Positions 1 to 12,813 of a stretch of 64,000 nucleotides of DNA are shown here, piece by piece. The notes beneath the pieces are model-generated. The model had not been told where the DNA came from. It did not search any database and was given only the letters and a program-made list of their open reading frames with translations. How positions within the stretch are numbered: position 1 is the first letter of the stretch; every line of letters begins with the position of its first letter. Source of the stretch: Octopus sinensis (lineage: Eukaryota); contig NC_043002.1 of NCBI RefSeq assembly GCF_006345805.1, forward strand, positions 65,720,001-65,784,000. Direction: 5' to 3'. The position numbers and the translations under genes were made by a program.

Positions 1-423
1 TGAATTGTAAATTGTACATATATATGTTACTCAAAGAAATTCCAACTTTGACTTTCACGTTTTATTTACAATTTTATAATAATATAATATAAGGTAATAT
101 GTTAAAATGATAGAATATTAAATGTCCATTCTGATTGAACTAGTACTTTCATGAATTAATCTATGCAATCTTTAGGTTCATGTAGAATTGGTGACAGTTA
201 TGTTTTACAATTTATAACTGTATATATAATTGATTACTTCAAATAAACAAGCAATCAAAAAGAGAGAAAGAAAGAAAAGACAAACGTGAGGACGTGAACA
301 AGAAATATATTAATTAGACACTCGGTGCATAACGTTTGGAGTATAAATCGTCGGAAGCAGGAAAGTCCGAAGAGAAAGCATGAAAAGTAGGGAATAGTCC
401 ACGCCAATAGTCCACGTGCAGTG

Positions 424-525
424 GTATGTATGTATGTATGTATGTATGTATGTATGTATGTATGTATGTATGTATGTATGTATGTATGTATGTATGCATG
501 TATGTATGCATGTATGTATGTATGT
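424..525. repeat. (TATG)n microsatellite
   Basis: Direct tetranucleotide run. It is one example of dozens of (TA)n, (CA)n, (TATG)n and (GATA)n tracts that generate most of the short ORFs in the track. Confidence 0.98.
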
Positions 526-529
526 AGTG

Positions 530-836
530 AATTAGCGTGGCTTAGTGGTCAGGGCTTCCGCTGACGATTGTAATTCCCGGCGATGCGTTGTGTACTTGAG
601 CAAGACACTTTATTTCACATTGCTCCAGACCATTCCGCTGACAAAAATGCGTAGTACCTCTATTTCAAAGGGCCAACGTTGTCACACTCTGTGTCACGCT
701 GAATCTCCCCGAGAACTACGTTAAGGGTACACGTGTCTGTGGAGTGCTCAGTCACTTGCTTGTTAATTTAACGAACAAGCTGTTCCGTTGATCGTATCAG
801 CTGAGACATTCGTCGTCGTAACCGACGACGTGTTCC
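530..836 (+). mobile_element. tRNA-derived SINE, family 3 (tail ...CGTCGTAACCGACG)
   Basis: A-box-like TAGCGTGGCTTAGTGG head and GTGTACTTGAGCAAGACACTT middle. The ~180-nt 3' part (TATTTCAAAGGGCC...GAGAACTACGTTAAG...GTGGAGTGCTCAG...) is shared with 29493-29864. Confidence 0.75.
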
Positions 837-1072
837 TTTTTTATATGTGTGTGTGCGCGAGTGTGTGTATATAATTTCTATATAAATAAGGCTAAGTTTA
901 TTTTAAATAGTGATCAAATCAAGTGACAGCATGGGAAGAAAAATCCTACAGGTTATAATAATTATTAAAATTATAAATAAGGGTATCTAAGCTATTTCAA
1001 GCATGGTGAACTCGTTTGTTTTCGTATTTCATGATGAGTACACAGTCGGTGACGTCTTGTACCCATATATTC

Positions 1073-1129
<57 letters not shown>

Positions 1130-1502
1130 ATTATTTCACCTTTTTGATGCGACTTTATACAGCTTTCATCCTCCTTCTCTACTCGCCTTTTCCTCCCCTC
1201 CCTCTTTCACAGTTTTCTATCTGCCTCTCTCTCTCTCTTGCTCTTACTCGTTGCTTACACGTGACCATCGTCCATCTTTCTTTTTCTCACGTAACCATAT
1301 TTCTCTTCCTGCACGGTCTTTCAAAGGGTTGCACGATTTTTTCTCTCTCTTCTACCTTTTCTCTTCTTAAATGAAATATTTCTCCTAGCGTTCACTGTTT
1401 TCTTCTCGTTCTGGTCTAATGACCCTCCATCCTTGTTTTCGTTCTATTTCCTTGTTTGTGTTCCCAACTTTCACCCTCCATAAATACTAAATTTCATTTT
1501 GG

Positions 1503-1712
1503 AATTTATGGGAGCAACTGTCTTTGAAAACTCATATTGTCGTTGAATGCTCGAAATGAGGACTAAACAGACAACTTATGAAGGGTCGTTTCTCTGTGTT
1601 TACTTTTGCTGTTTTCCATTTTTTTCTCTCGTTGTTTGCGTATTTCATTCGTTTGTTTTCGTATTTCATGTTGTTTACACAGTTGGTGACGTCCTGTAGC
1701 CAAATATGCATA
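1503..1712 (+). repeat. Dispersed interspersed repeat (other copies 34468-34670 and partial 1010-1070)
   Basis: ATTTATGGGAGCAACTG...CTCATATTGTCGTTG...GTTGGTGACGTCCTGTA is alignable between copies. Class not determined. Confidence 0.75.
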
Positions 1713-1716
1713 TATA

Positions 1717-1752
<36 letters not shown>

Positions 1753-2892
1753 TGTATGTATGTATGTATGTATGTTTGCTTCCCAAACACATGGTTCTGG
1801 GTTCAATCGCACTGCGTGGGACTTAGTGCAAGTTTTCTCCTATAGTCTCAGGTCGATCAAATCTTTGTGAGAGGATTTGGTGAACAGAAACTGAGGGAAG
1901 CCCCTCGTGGGTATTGAAATTATTTTGAAATAGAGGTGGGTGCAAGCATGGCAAATTGTACTCTGCTAAAGGTGGCATTTTACAAAGCAATCCCTGCTAT
2001 AAAAAAAAGCTGAATGTCATGGTTGGAACGGCGTTGATCACCAGTATAGTTAATTAAATAGGGGCTAGCTTTAAATTACAACATCAACAACTCCAACTCA
2101 GCCTGACCGCAATCACCCCTGCTACCACCCACACCAGAACCAATGCCAACACCAACTCGACCAAAAGCAAACACTACCGCCTACAAAAAAAAACGCAACA
2201 ACAACAACTATATACACCTCTGATTCGTAGTGAATGGCTTGATCAGGTTTGTACAAAAAAAAAACCTAAGCAGGTTAAAACAACAAAGCATGACAAAGAA
2301 GAATGTGGGAGAGAGTTAGGCGGAAGGGGCGAAAGAAGTATGTGAAACATAGCGAGGGAAAGGGGAGGAAATTCCCCAGCACAAGAGAAGTTTTTATAGA
2401 GGCTTTTCAAAATTTCTGAGTGTGACTATTAATGTTGCTGGTGAGGGATAGAATGTACGAGAATTATTTGGTGGTTATGCTTTGTAATTAATTCTGTGTT
2501 GTAGGATTTAGTCTACATCGGAGATTACGTTGGAGATAGATTTTCTTTAAAAATTCATGTAGATGAGGTTGATGGGTAAAGGGTAGTAGAGAAAGAGAGA
2601 ACAAGGGAACCGGAGGGGACGAATGAGAGGGTAAAGGTAACAGAGAGAGAGAGTGCGTGTGTGTGAGAGAGAGAGAGAGTGCGTGTGTGAGAGAGAGAGA
2701 GAGAGAGGGAGAGAGAGTGCGTGTGCGTGTATGTGTGTGTGTGCATAAGAATAAGGGAGTAACATAGATAGATAGATACATACATACATACATAACATAC
2801 ACACAGAGAAAGAGAGAGATAGAGAAGAGAGAGGGATAAATAGATACATACATACATACATAATGAAAGAGAAAGAGAAGAGAGAGTGAGAA

Positions 2893-3001
<109 letters not shown>

Positions 3002-3403
3002 GATAAAAGGCAGGTGTTAAATTTTAGGTAGATTTAAACAAGAGTGGAGTAGGTAAATAAACATGAGCCCACTGAACGAGCAGAGGTGGGAAGGACTGGC
3101 TGTCAAAACGAACGGCTAGACGCATATACGCACACAGCCATACGAACACACACACACACACACACACGCACACACACACACACACACGCACACACACACA
3201 CACACACACACGCACACACACACACGCTCGTAAAACACACAGTCACACAGAAGAGAAACGCAAAGGACCATATATAAACATTGACGCTCCGGCGAGAAGA
3301 ATGTGATTTCGTAGAGGCCTCGTTTCAAAACAAAGAAATGTTCTTCTTATGACAACAAAGGAGCTGCTTCAAGCTTATTTTCGGAGCAGCCAGTTTATAG
3401 TGC

Positions 3404-3434
<31 letters not shown>

Positions 3435-4042
3435 ATATATATACATGATTTGGTAGTCAGGGAAAATTTACGCCTCTGGGACTTTCTATTCACCCGTTGC
3501 TTTCGGGTGTGTTTCGATTATTACAAAATCAAACCCGAAATTGTTCTGCTTATCAGGACTATTTATTAATATTATTATTATTGTTGTTGTTGTGGTTATT
3601 TATATTACTTGTGTTATTGTTCGGCCGGGATGGAGCTGTGAGTTACCAATAGTTGCTTTAGTGGTTTAGTGACAAACAAGTATTGTTGTTGTTGTGGCGT
3701 GGTGATAATGTTGTTTGGTCCACGTTGCTACTGTGACTCCCTTTGACTATTACTATTACTACTGTTGTTGCTACCGCTGTTGTTATTGGTGGTGGTGGCG
3801 GCGGTGGTGTGGTGGTGGTGGTGGTTGGTGATGTGATGTGGTGGTGGTGGTGGTGTCGGCGGTTGGTCCGGCGTTGTTTTTGTTGCTTCTGCTGCTGTTC
3901 CTTATGTCATATTGCATCGACTTAAACATCGAAAAAGAGGCGAAGAATGAAATTAATTGAGTCGGTAATCATGATCAGCTAGCGGGTTCGGAACCATCTT
4001 CTTGCAGAAGAATTTTCATTTCAACAAAGGCTCACTACTGAC

Positions 4043-4493
4043 ATGATGTACGGAATATCTCACCTGCGAAACTTGGTACCACACATTATCATTGTATTAA
4101 CTCTATTCAATTTGTTATTGAATATCTCATTAGCAGAACATATCAGCGCTTCAGAGACCAACAAGGAATCTGATTCCGATCCTGGGAACAAGGAGAATCA
4201 ACAAGAAACAACACATTTCAGTGATTCGTCCACGTCTGCCACCATGACATTTGCCGCTGTCACTGCAACATCTCCAGCCGCCACAGAGAGTGACGATGAA
4301 CAAAATCAATGCAACCCTAAAATATCCCGTTGCCCAGGTAACAGGCTTCCATCAGCAGAGGACTGCAGTTGCCTAGCAATGGCGGGTGAAAAATGTGGCT
4401 TTAATACACGGAAACGATGTGACCAAAACTTAGGACTTAGGTGCATTCCAGAGAAGAAATCTTCGCTGAGCAAGAGCTATGGTGTTTGTCGCG
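4043..4493 (+). CDS. First coding exon of a secreted protein with an IGFBP-like (CCN/IGFBP-related) N-terminal Cys-rich domain
   Basis: ATG at 4043, hydrophobic signal peptide (HIIIVLTLFNLLLNISLA), Ser/Thr/acidic linker, then C-x6-C...CSC-x5-GEKCG-x6-CDQNLGLRC-x11-GVCR, which resembles the CCN 'CDPHKGLFC...GVC' segment. The exon ends at a G|GTAAG donor (4494) in phase 1, as IGFBP-module exons usually do. The ORF tail after 4493 is intron read-through. Confidence 0.8.
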
Positions 4494-4709
4494 GTAAGCC
4501 ATTTCTTTATATATTGTTTTTAATCGACAGAAATTGATTGAGTTTTATATCTATTTTCCATTAAGTTTATATAATACTAGATTTCTTTGTCGAAAAAAAA
4601 AAACTATGCATAAGCTTTCATGTCAAAATATCTGTCCAGAAATACGCATGAATTGTCAAAAAGTCAATGAATTTGTCAACAAATTCGTCTCTCTGTCAAT
4701 ATAAAAATA

Positions 4710-4801
<92 letters not shown>

Positions 4802-4810
4802 AAGAGAGAG

Positions 4811-4844
<34 letters not shown>

Positions 4845-5151
4845 TGAGAGATGAAGTATATTGGTTCTGTACCAAGTTGGTACAGAACCTATCTACATTC
4901 TACAAATTGTTTCGGAGTCTAATTAATTCCAAAGACAAAGACGAAAAACTCTTCATGAGATACAAATTAGATTCCTAATCATTAAAGTTCGTCTACACTT
5001 ATATAATTTTCCTTTCCTTATACTTCATTTACTGTTTTTGCAAATACGGAATATATATTTATATATATATTCTTTACTTGGACTTTACTGGCGAACTTGG
5101 ATGTTTAACATCCCTTTGAAGGATTTCGGTCCTCACCTGTATTATATACAG

Positions 5152-5182
<31 letters not shown>

Positions 5183-5465
5183 ATTGAAAAAGTTCATTAT
5201 ACGTAGAAAGATATCATAAACAAGTATAAAAATGGAGAAAAGATGCTAAAAAATTATAATTGGCTGATTTTTATGAATATGATGAATTTTTATTGGAAAT
5301 TATTTTCTCTTTTTTTTTGACTCCTCAAAAAGTTTGAATTGTTCTATTTGAACTTATTTTTCTCTCATGCACACACATATACACACACACATACACACAT
5401 TCGCCATGATACATCGCTAACCTCAACACATTCTTTATTTTCTCTCTTTGTTTCTTTCTGTGTTC

Positions 5466-5505
5466 CTTTTTTTGGAAGAGCGTAGGCTCGAAACGTTAAA
5501 GACTT
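5466..5505 (+). ncRNA. Degenerate hammerhead-like motif in a dispersed repeat
   Basis: CTTTTTTTGGA-A-GAGC(GTAG)GCTC-GAAACGTT-AAAG: stem II, GAAA, palindromic AACGTT and a T-run/AAAG stem I are present, but the CUGANGA core is corrupted. Confidence 0.35.
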
Positions 5506-5588
5506 TTTCACTTCTCAAGAGTTATATTAATACTTCTCTTTGTTGTCTACACCACTTGTCTTCGTCTTTTTTTGTGAATTCTCCCTAT

Positions 5589-5661
<73 letters not shown>

Positions 5662-6397
5662 ATATTTATTTATTTATATATAAAAATAATTCTATATAAA
5701 TCTTTTCTATCTCTATGGTTGAAACCTTTGGTATATATTCAAAATTATTCGAAATTTATCTTTTTGGTTATATTTTTCTTGATGATCCTAAATTTTATCT
5801 TTATACAATATAACAATGCTGTTTAAATAAATCAATTATAGTACCATATGATAAAATTTCCTCTGTATTATCATCATTGGTTTTATTAGCGTCTTGCCCC
5901 TTTAACTGGTAATTAACATCTTTATTTGAGGCCTTCCATTACTCAACCTCATTATAGCCAGTTATTTTATACAACTTCAAAATAGTCTTGACAAGTTTTA
6001 TAACTATACCCACTATGATTCTCTCAAGTCCATCATGCCCTTTCCTAACAGATACAATTCACTAGTCTTAGATTTGATAAACAAAACTAATAAATAAAAA
6101 CAGAACCAAAACCAGTGACAAGCTATGACCCAAACAAATTTTTTTCTTGATGTCTTGGAAACTTCTAAGCTGAAGTGACAACAGCATAGACTTTATCTGT
6201 CTTCTTACCCTAAATTATACTAATGTGTCCGACTGATTAAAAAATTCCATTTATTTATTTATGCAGCTGAGAACAGCCCTGCATTTAAAGTGATGTAATG
6301 ATTGCATTGTTCAAATAAAATGGAGCCGTTTGAAACAGTCGTACTGCATCACCTCTGGATATCATTTATATATGAGTGTGAATGAGTGAGTGAGTGA

Positions 6398-6439
<42 letters not shown>

Positions 6440-6676
6440 ATGTGTGTGTGAATATGATTGTTGCTCTGTCAATGTGTTTGTTAATAAGTTACTCAATAAT
6501 CCTCGTGTCAATAAATTTATCTCACAGTATTTCAGTCAATGCATTTGTTACTGTCTCTTCTTGTCCGTAAGTTTGTGAATAGATGTGCCTGTCAGTATAT
6601 TTGTTTGTCAATAAATATTTGATAATAAGCGTGTGTCGAAAAGCTTTTCAATATGTCTATCGAAAGCATCAATCTG

Positions 6677-7070
6677 AAGGCGGCGAGCTGGCTCAATCGT
6701 TATCACGCCGGGCAAAATGCATTGCGACATTTCTTCTGTCTTGACGCTCTAGGTTCAAATTCCACCGAAGTCGACTTTGCCTTTCTTCATTTCGGAGTTG
6801 ATAAAATAAGTACCAGTTGAACAGTGTGGTCGATATAATCGACTTAACCCGTCTCCTGAAATTTTGGTCTTGTGCTAAGATTCGAAACCAATATGTCTGT
6901 CGAAAGTGTCATTCTGAACGCGGCGATCTAGCAGAACTGTTAGCGCGTCGAATACAATATTTAGCGGCATTTGTTTCGGCTCCTTACGTTCTGGATTCGA
7001 CGAAATAAAGTACAAGTATTAGAGTCGATGTAATCGACTTGTCCTCTCCTCTTAAAATCGCTGGCCTTAA
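6677..7070 (+). mobile_element. Two tandem degenerate copies of SINE family 2 (AAGGCGGCGAGCTGG head)
   Basis: AAGGCGGCGAGCTGGC...GTTCAAAT...GTCGACTTTGCCTTTC...ATAAGTACCAG, matching the fuller copies at 24374 and 47493. Confidence 0.8.
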
Positions 7071-7298
7071 AACCTGCCACGGACTGTGGTGCTCTTGCTC
7101 ATTTATACTCCATGGACATCGGGCAACCGGCCTTATGTTTTCTAGGGGTCGAACTAAAATAGCTAGTCAATCGCCCTCTATCTGCCAATTGATTGGGTAA
7201 TGAGTATCTGTATTTGTGCGGTTTTCGCTTTGGAGAATACATTTACTCATAAGCTTAGTGTCGTAAAAAGATGGAGTGGGACTCTGGGTTCGTTCCAA

Positions 7299-7769
7299 AA
7301 CAACCAATGCCTTTGAAAAATTTCTGACATCACACATCCTCTCTCTCTCCACACACACACACACACCACACACACACAACACACAAACACACACCCACAC
7401 ATACACACATACGCTCGCGTGCGCACACACTCCGGTGTTCTTTTCCCACAATAAACCGAAATTTGTTGCTTGTGTAAAATATGTTTACGTATATATGTTT
7501 ACATACGTATACGCCTGCTAGTGTGTATGTATGCATGTATATTTATATATATATATATATATCTATATATATATATATATATATATATATGTCTGTGTGT
7601 GTATAAATATACATGCATACATACACACTAGCAGGCGTATACGTATGTAAACATATATACGTAAAAATATTTTACACAAGCAACAAATTTCGGTTTATTG
7701 TGGGAAAAGAACACCGGAGTGTGTGCGCACGCGAGCGTATGTGTGTATGTGTGGGTGTGTGTTTGTGTG

Positions 7770-7832
<63 letters not shown>

Positions 7833-7872
7833 GATGTGTGATGTCAGAAATTTTTCAAAGGCATTGGTTGTT
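7299..7872. repeat. 574-bp near-perfect fold-back inverted repeat
   Basis: 7299-7546 is the reverse complement of 7603-7872, differing mainly in (CA)n length. The ~56-bp spacer is mostly (TA)n. Confidence 0.92.
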
Positions 7873-7904
7873 TACATATATATATATATATATAATTATA
7901 TATA

Positions 7905-7951
<47 letters not shown>

Positions 7952-7963
7952 TATATATATATA

Positions 7964-8037
<74 letters not shown>

Positions 8038-8077
8038 GATAGATATATACATACATACATATATACATACATACTTA

Positions 8078-8149
<72 letters not shown>

Positions 8150-8199
8150 GTTTGTATATGTATATGTTTGTGTATGTGTCTATAACATCATGACCTTAT

Positions 8200-8520
8200 T
8201 GCGTGGACTTAATTGATGCTTTGTGGGGTCAATATAGGACAAGTACTTGGAAAGAAGGGCCACAAGTTTAAAAAGTGAGGGAGCAATAAGAGCCACGTGG
8301 TTATCAACATTCGGTGCTTCCAGGAAAATGAGGTTATTGTGTGTCTAAGGTTAGATCCACGATTCCCTAAGTGGCCGCCATACCTTCTAGTTTCTCCTGA
8401 CAAGGATGATACTAGATGTATCACAACAATTTCATCTTACAACCGCGTGATTTCGTCATCTATGGAGATCGATGAATTGAAGGTGCTGAGATATGATTCA
8501 AAACTTCTCTTTGCCTGGAA
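8200..8520 (-). mobile_element. Highly decayed RTE-type LINE fragment
   Basis: Minus strand reads YLSTFNSSISIDDEI, resembling the RTE 'YLGS...S.DDEI..R' region after the RT core. The rest is frameshifted. Confidence 0.4.
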
Positions 8521-8569
8521 AAGTGAGTTCTGCTCTTTGGGGAAGACTAATGTAAACCCATATGTATTT

Positions 8570-9035
8570 TTTTATTCTTTTATTTGTTTCAGTCATTTGA
8601 CTGCGGCCATGCTGGGGCACTGCTTTGATAGGTTTTAGTCGAATGAATCAACCCCTCGAATTATTATTATTATCATTTTTTTTTTGAAACCTAGTACTTG
8701 TTCAATTGGACTCCCTTTGAAGTTACGGGCATATAAACACACCAGCACCGGTTGCCAAGCAGTGATGAGGGATAAACACAGATATAAACACACACACACA
8801 CCACACACACACACACACACACATATATATAATATATATATTATATATATATTATAATATATATATATATATATATATACACGACGGGCTTCTTTTCATT
8901 TTCCGTCTACCAAATCCACTTACAAGGCTTTAGTCGGCCCGGGGCTATAGTAGAAGATACTTGCCTAAGGTGCCACGCAGTGGGATTGAACCAGAAAGTA
9001 TGAAATTGGGAAGCAAGCCTCTTACCACACAGCCA
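8570..9035 (-). mobile_element. CORE-type tRNA SINE, family 1
   Basis: Reverse complement of GGTTCAATCCCACTGCGTGGCACCTTAGGCAAGT...GGTAGACGGAAA...CAGCATGGCCGCAGTCAAATGACTGAAAC. Confidence 0.85.
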
Positions 9036-9167
9036 CACCCGCACCTATGTATATGGAAAATAAAAGTCGAAGTTCTATGGAAAACCTGAATGCACATTTT
9101 GTTCGCGTTCTGTGAAATTCTACGCACATCTGATTATGAGTGATATAAAAATAAAAGTGCCTTTTCG

Positions 9168-9622
9168 TTCGGCAGTGTGGTGAGGAATTTGCTTTCCAGT
9201 CGAAGGGTTCCGGGTTCATCCTTACTGTATAGTATTTTGAAAAAGTGTCTTCAACTAGAATCTCAGATCGAGCTAAACCTTATGAGTGGATTCCGTAGAC
9301 GGAAACTGAAAAAAAAAACCTGTCGTACATATGTGTGTGTCATGTATATATATATATATATATATATATATGTGCGTGTGTGTGTGTGTGTGGTATGTGT
9401 ATGTGTGTGTATGTGTGTGATATGTGTGTGTGTGTTTGTGTGCATGTATTATGTATTTGTGTGTCTGTGTTTATCTTCCCACCATCGCTCGATAACCGAT
9501 GTTGGTGTGTATACGTCCCCGTAACTTACCGGTTCAGCAAAAGAGAGGCCGATAGAATAAGTACTAGGCTTACAAAGAACAATTCCTGGGGTTGATTTGT
9601 TCGACTAAACGGTGGTGCTTCT
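9168..9622 (+). mobile_element. CORE-type tRNA SINE, family 1 (diverged)
   Basis: tRNA-like head, GTAGACGGAAACTGAAA, internal (TA)/(TG) tract and GATAGAATAAGTACTAGGCTTACAAAGAA body. Confidence 0.8.
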
Positions 9623-9659
9623 TTAAGAAGAAAAGAAAAAAATGATATGAGCGTGTCTA

Positions 9660-10822
9660 TTAGGTCGTCAAGTATGAAATTTGAAAGAAAAGAAAAAAGG
9701 TTGCTAATGTTTTATAAATACAAGAAATAGTTTTATTCATCAAAATATGCATACATTTTGTCAATACACTTTTGCCATTTTAGTGGTAGCTTGTCCAACC
9801 GGGAACTGTAAAAGCCTGGCAATCTAGATTCAATAATTCTTGGAAGGCCTGTTTTACAGCATCGTCGGAATTAAATATTTTCCTATCAAAAAATTATCCA
9901 AATTCTGGAAGAAGTGGTAGTCAATGGGGGCAAGATCAGGTGAGTGTAGTGAATGATGGAGAAATTCCAACTCTAATTCCAAACCATTTTTGCGGTGTGT
10001 GGTCTGGCGTTGTCTTGCAATAGAATAGGAGTGGATCTGGTGACTAATCTAGGCTGTTTTTTGTAAATTTCTGCATCATTTGGTCCAGTTGGCTGCAGTA
10101 TACTTCGACCGTAATTGATGAGCCAGGTTTAATGGAATCATAATGGATCACTCCTGCGCCAGACCACCAAACACACAGCTTCTTTTGGGACTGTGTTTTG
10201 GTGGCTCGTCTTTGTCCAACAATTGTGCTGAACGTTTACCGTTGTTGTATTGGATCCATTTCTTATCACATGTTACAATTCGATTAAAAAATGATTCATT
10301 TTTGTGACGAGAAAGTAGTATAATGCAAACTTCCAAACGTTGCTGTTTCTGATTTTCATTGAGTTCATGTGGAACCCACTTATCTAACTTTTTCACTTTA
10401 CCGATTTGAACTAGGTGAGTTAATATTGTTTGCATGCTAACACCAATCAACAACGATAATTCACGGGCATAATTCACTGACTCGACGGAGGCTTTCAGTT
10501 CGTCATTATCCTCCTTTGTTTCTGGTCGACCGCGTTGCTCATTTGTGAGGTCAAAGTTATCAGAACGAAATTTTGCAAACTAATTTGATACTGTCTGCTG
10601 TGTAATAACATTAGAATAAAATACTCCATTAATATTCCGAGCTGTCTGTGAAGATGTATTTCCAGGAAAGAACTCATATTTCAAAACTGTACGTATTTCC
10701 GACTTATCCATCTCTAAACAAAAGTAGCAAAAATGATTTATAAATAATTTATAAGGCGCAAACTGAGCAGCTGTCTAAGTTTACCATATACCTTACTACC
10801 AATTTCATACTTGACGATCTAA
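9660..10822 (-). mobile_element. Mariner transposon, full length, inactive (cecropia-like)
   Basis: 22-bp TIRs TTAGGTCGTCAAGTATGAAATT (9660) and its inverse (10801-10822, 1 mismatch), with TA on both sides. Minus strand gives MDKSEIRTVLKYEF..., KLDKWVPHEL, IVTCDKKW, LQDNARPH and HSPDLAP, with stops and frameshifts. Confidence 0.95.
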
Positions 10823-10904
10823 TATATATAATTAGCACCAATTTTCATTAAATACGCGCGCGCATGTATATTATGGAGAAGGAGGCGAGAAGAAGAAAGA
10901 AAGA

Positions 10905-11050
10905 ATGTTTACATTATTTACATTTGACGGATATTTGTCCTCGTCTTGTTTGTTGTTAACACAACGTTTCGGCTGATATACCCTCCAGCCTTCTTCAGGT
11001 CTGTTGGGGAAATTTCGTACCTGGATTCTCATTCCTAAGGTATTTTTCGA

Positions 11051-11081
<31 letters not shown>

Positions 11082-11240
11082 GTTCAGGTCACTGCTTGGA
11101 ATCGAACTCGGAATCTTGGGGTTAGTATCCCACGCGCCTAACCACTACGCCATATGCCCACGGGTATATGGCGTAGTGTTAATAACAAACAAGATGAGGG
11201 CAAACATCCGTCGAATGTAAATAATGTAAATAATGTATAT
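10905..11240 (-). mobile_element. tRNA-headed, hammerhead-bearing SINE-like element with an inverted partial second unit
   Basis: Minus strand: GGGCATATGGCGTAGTGGTTA (A box)...GAGTTCGATTCC (B box), (AAT)n, hammerhead, then an ATGTAAATA-repeat tail. 11161-11240 on the plus strand is a head stub fused to the same tail. A second copy lies at 45065-45310. Confidence 0.85.
10958..11003 (-). ncRNA. Minimal type I hammerhead ribozyme motif
   Basis: CAGAC-CTGAAGA-A-GGCTG(GAGGGTATAT)CAGCC-GAAAC-GTT-GTGTT: CUGANGA core, 5-bp stem II, GAAA, palindromic AACGTT stem III, GUU triplet. Stem I is imperfect. Confidence 0.7.
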
Positions 11241-12813
11241 AATTCCTCATCTCTTAAATATAGAACAGAAAAGAAAGAAGGATTGAGCATTAATTTTAAA
11301 CACCCAAACAAATGCGACTGAAAGCAGTACCTCCGCCTTAGCGAGGGTGGAGGTGGTAATTAGATGTTTAAAACAGATGCCGTTGACCAATGGCTGGAAT
11401 CAGGAAATATTTTTAAATATTCGACGTCAGCAATACAATGCTTAACGATTTCCCATTTAATGATTTCCCTCTTTAATTATATGTATTTTTAATTACAATT
11501 ATATGTCATGGACCAAAGCTAAATATTCTTAATGATCACTTGCGATAACTACAATGTACATCAAAAATAAGCGTCATAATGTTTATTTATTTATTCTGCC
11601 ATTTATATGTTTATATGTTACTATCATTCACACCTGCTGTGTTCACAATCTCCCTGCTGCTACTTTGTCATTAATATTTTGTATTAATTCATCCTCGCAA
11701 TTTGTCAGAACGAGAGGAAGTCAAAGTGACGAATGATGTTGATAAAATTTAATAAACGGTGTGATGAACTGTGTTTAATTTCGTCCCTTCTTCTTCAAAT
11801 CAAAGCTAAAGTCTATCATTACATTCGTTCCTGCAAGTCTCTAAAATAATTGCTTGTAATATTTGTTTCCTTTAATTTTCACGTGAAGCTCCTATATTTA
11901 GATGAAGGACAAATAATTGATTTATACCTGTGGAAGTAAATTGGATTCTATTATAAATTGAAACAAGACAGAGGAGACGATTAATTACAAAGACCGATAC
12001 CATTTTAAGATATGGACTAATGTGGCTCCTGTAAAGATAGAAGTCTAGACGAAATGTATTTCAGTAATTATCTAGTTTCATGAGAGCGACAATAATGAGT
12101 GGACAAGATTCTTATCTGCTTACTGTGAGACCGATGCTTTGTATCTTGTTAAATATCAGTTGTGTCAGAGTTCAAATCTCAAGCAGCCCAAACCAAATAG
12201 CTGTGAATTGGCGCGGTAAAGTTTAGACAAACACATCACTCTAAATGTCAGTGGTAGCAGTGTAAAATTAACAAATGGCTTGTTTACTTAGACTGTTAAG
12301 CTCAGTTTCATCTGAGGATATATAATGTATAGCTTGGAGAAAGACTGGCCTTTTAAAACCGATTGCTTTAATAAATAGAGTATGAAGACAGTGATATCAG
12401 TGCCATCCATACATGTGACACTGAAAGTGCTAAACTATTTAGTTTCGTCTATCATTTGATGCCGATGGCATTTTGGTCTTTATTTTGTCTGAGTTGGAAA
12501 ATTAGAGAACATGGATGGCTGGGTTAGTGTTGTATTATATCCCACCTCAAATAAGACTCTTCAGAACTTTCAGAAAACTTGACAGAAAGTCTGAGTTAGA
12601 AGTTAGAAGATAGCCCCATCTTCACGAATAGGTTCTATACATTGCGGTAAACCCCGAACTAGTTGTATTCGGTAGAAACTTGCGGACAATCTTAATTAAA
12701 CAGATTTGATCACAACCCCATTAAATTCATTTTTCAATCTGTACATCACTGAAGTCAGTTGTATATGAAGGACCCACTGAATTTAAAACTACTTCAGGGT
12801 TTCACTGTAGATA

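Noticed and set aside
3271-3278. TATA box (TATATAAA) for the IGFBP-like gene
   Set aside because: TA-rich 8-mers are ubiquitous here and there is no transcription-start evidence.
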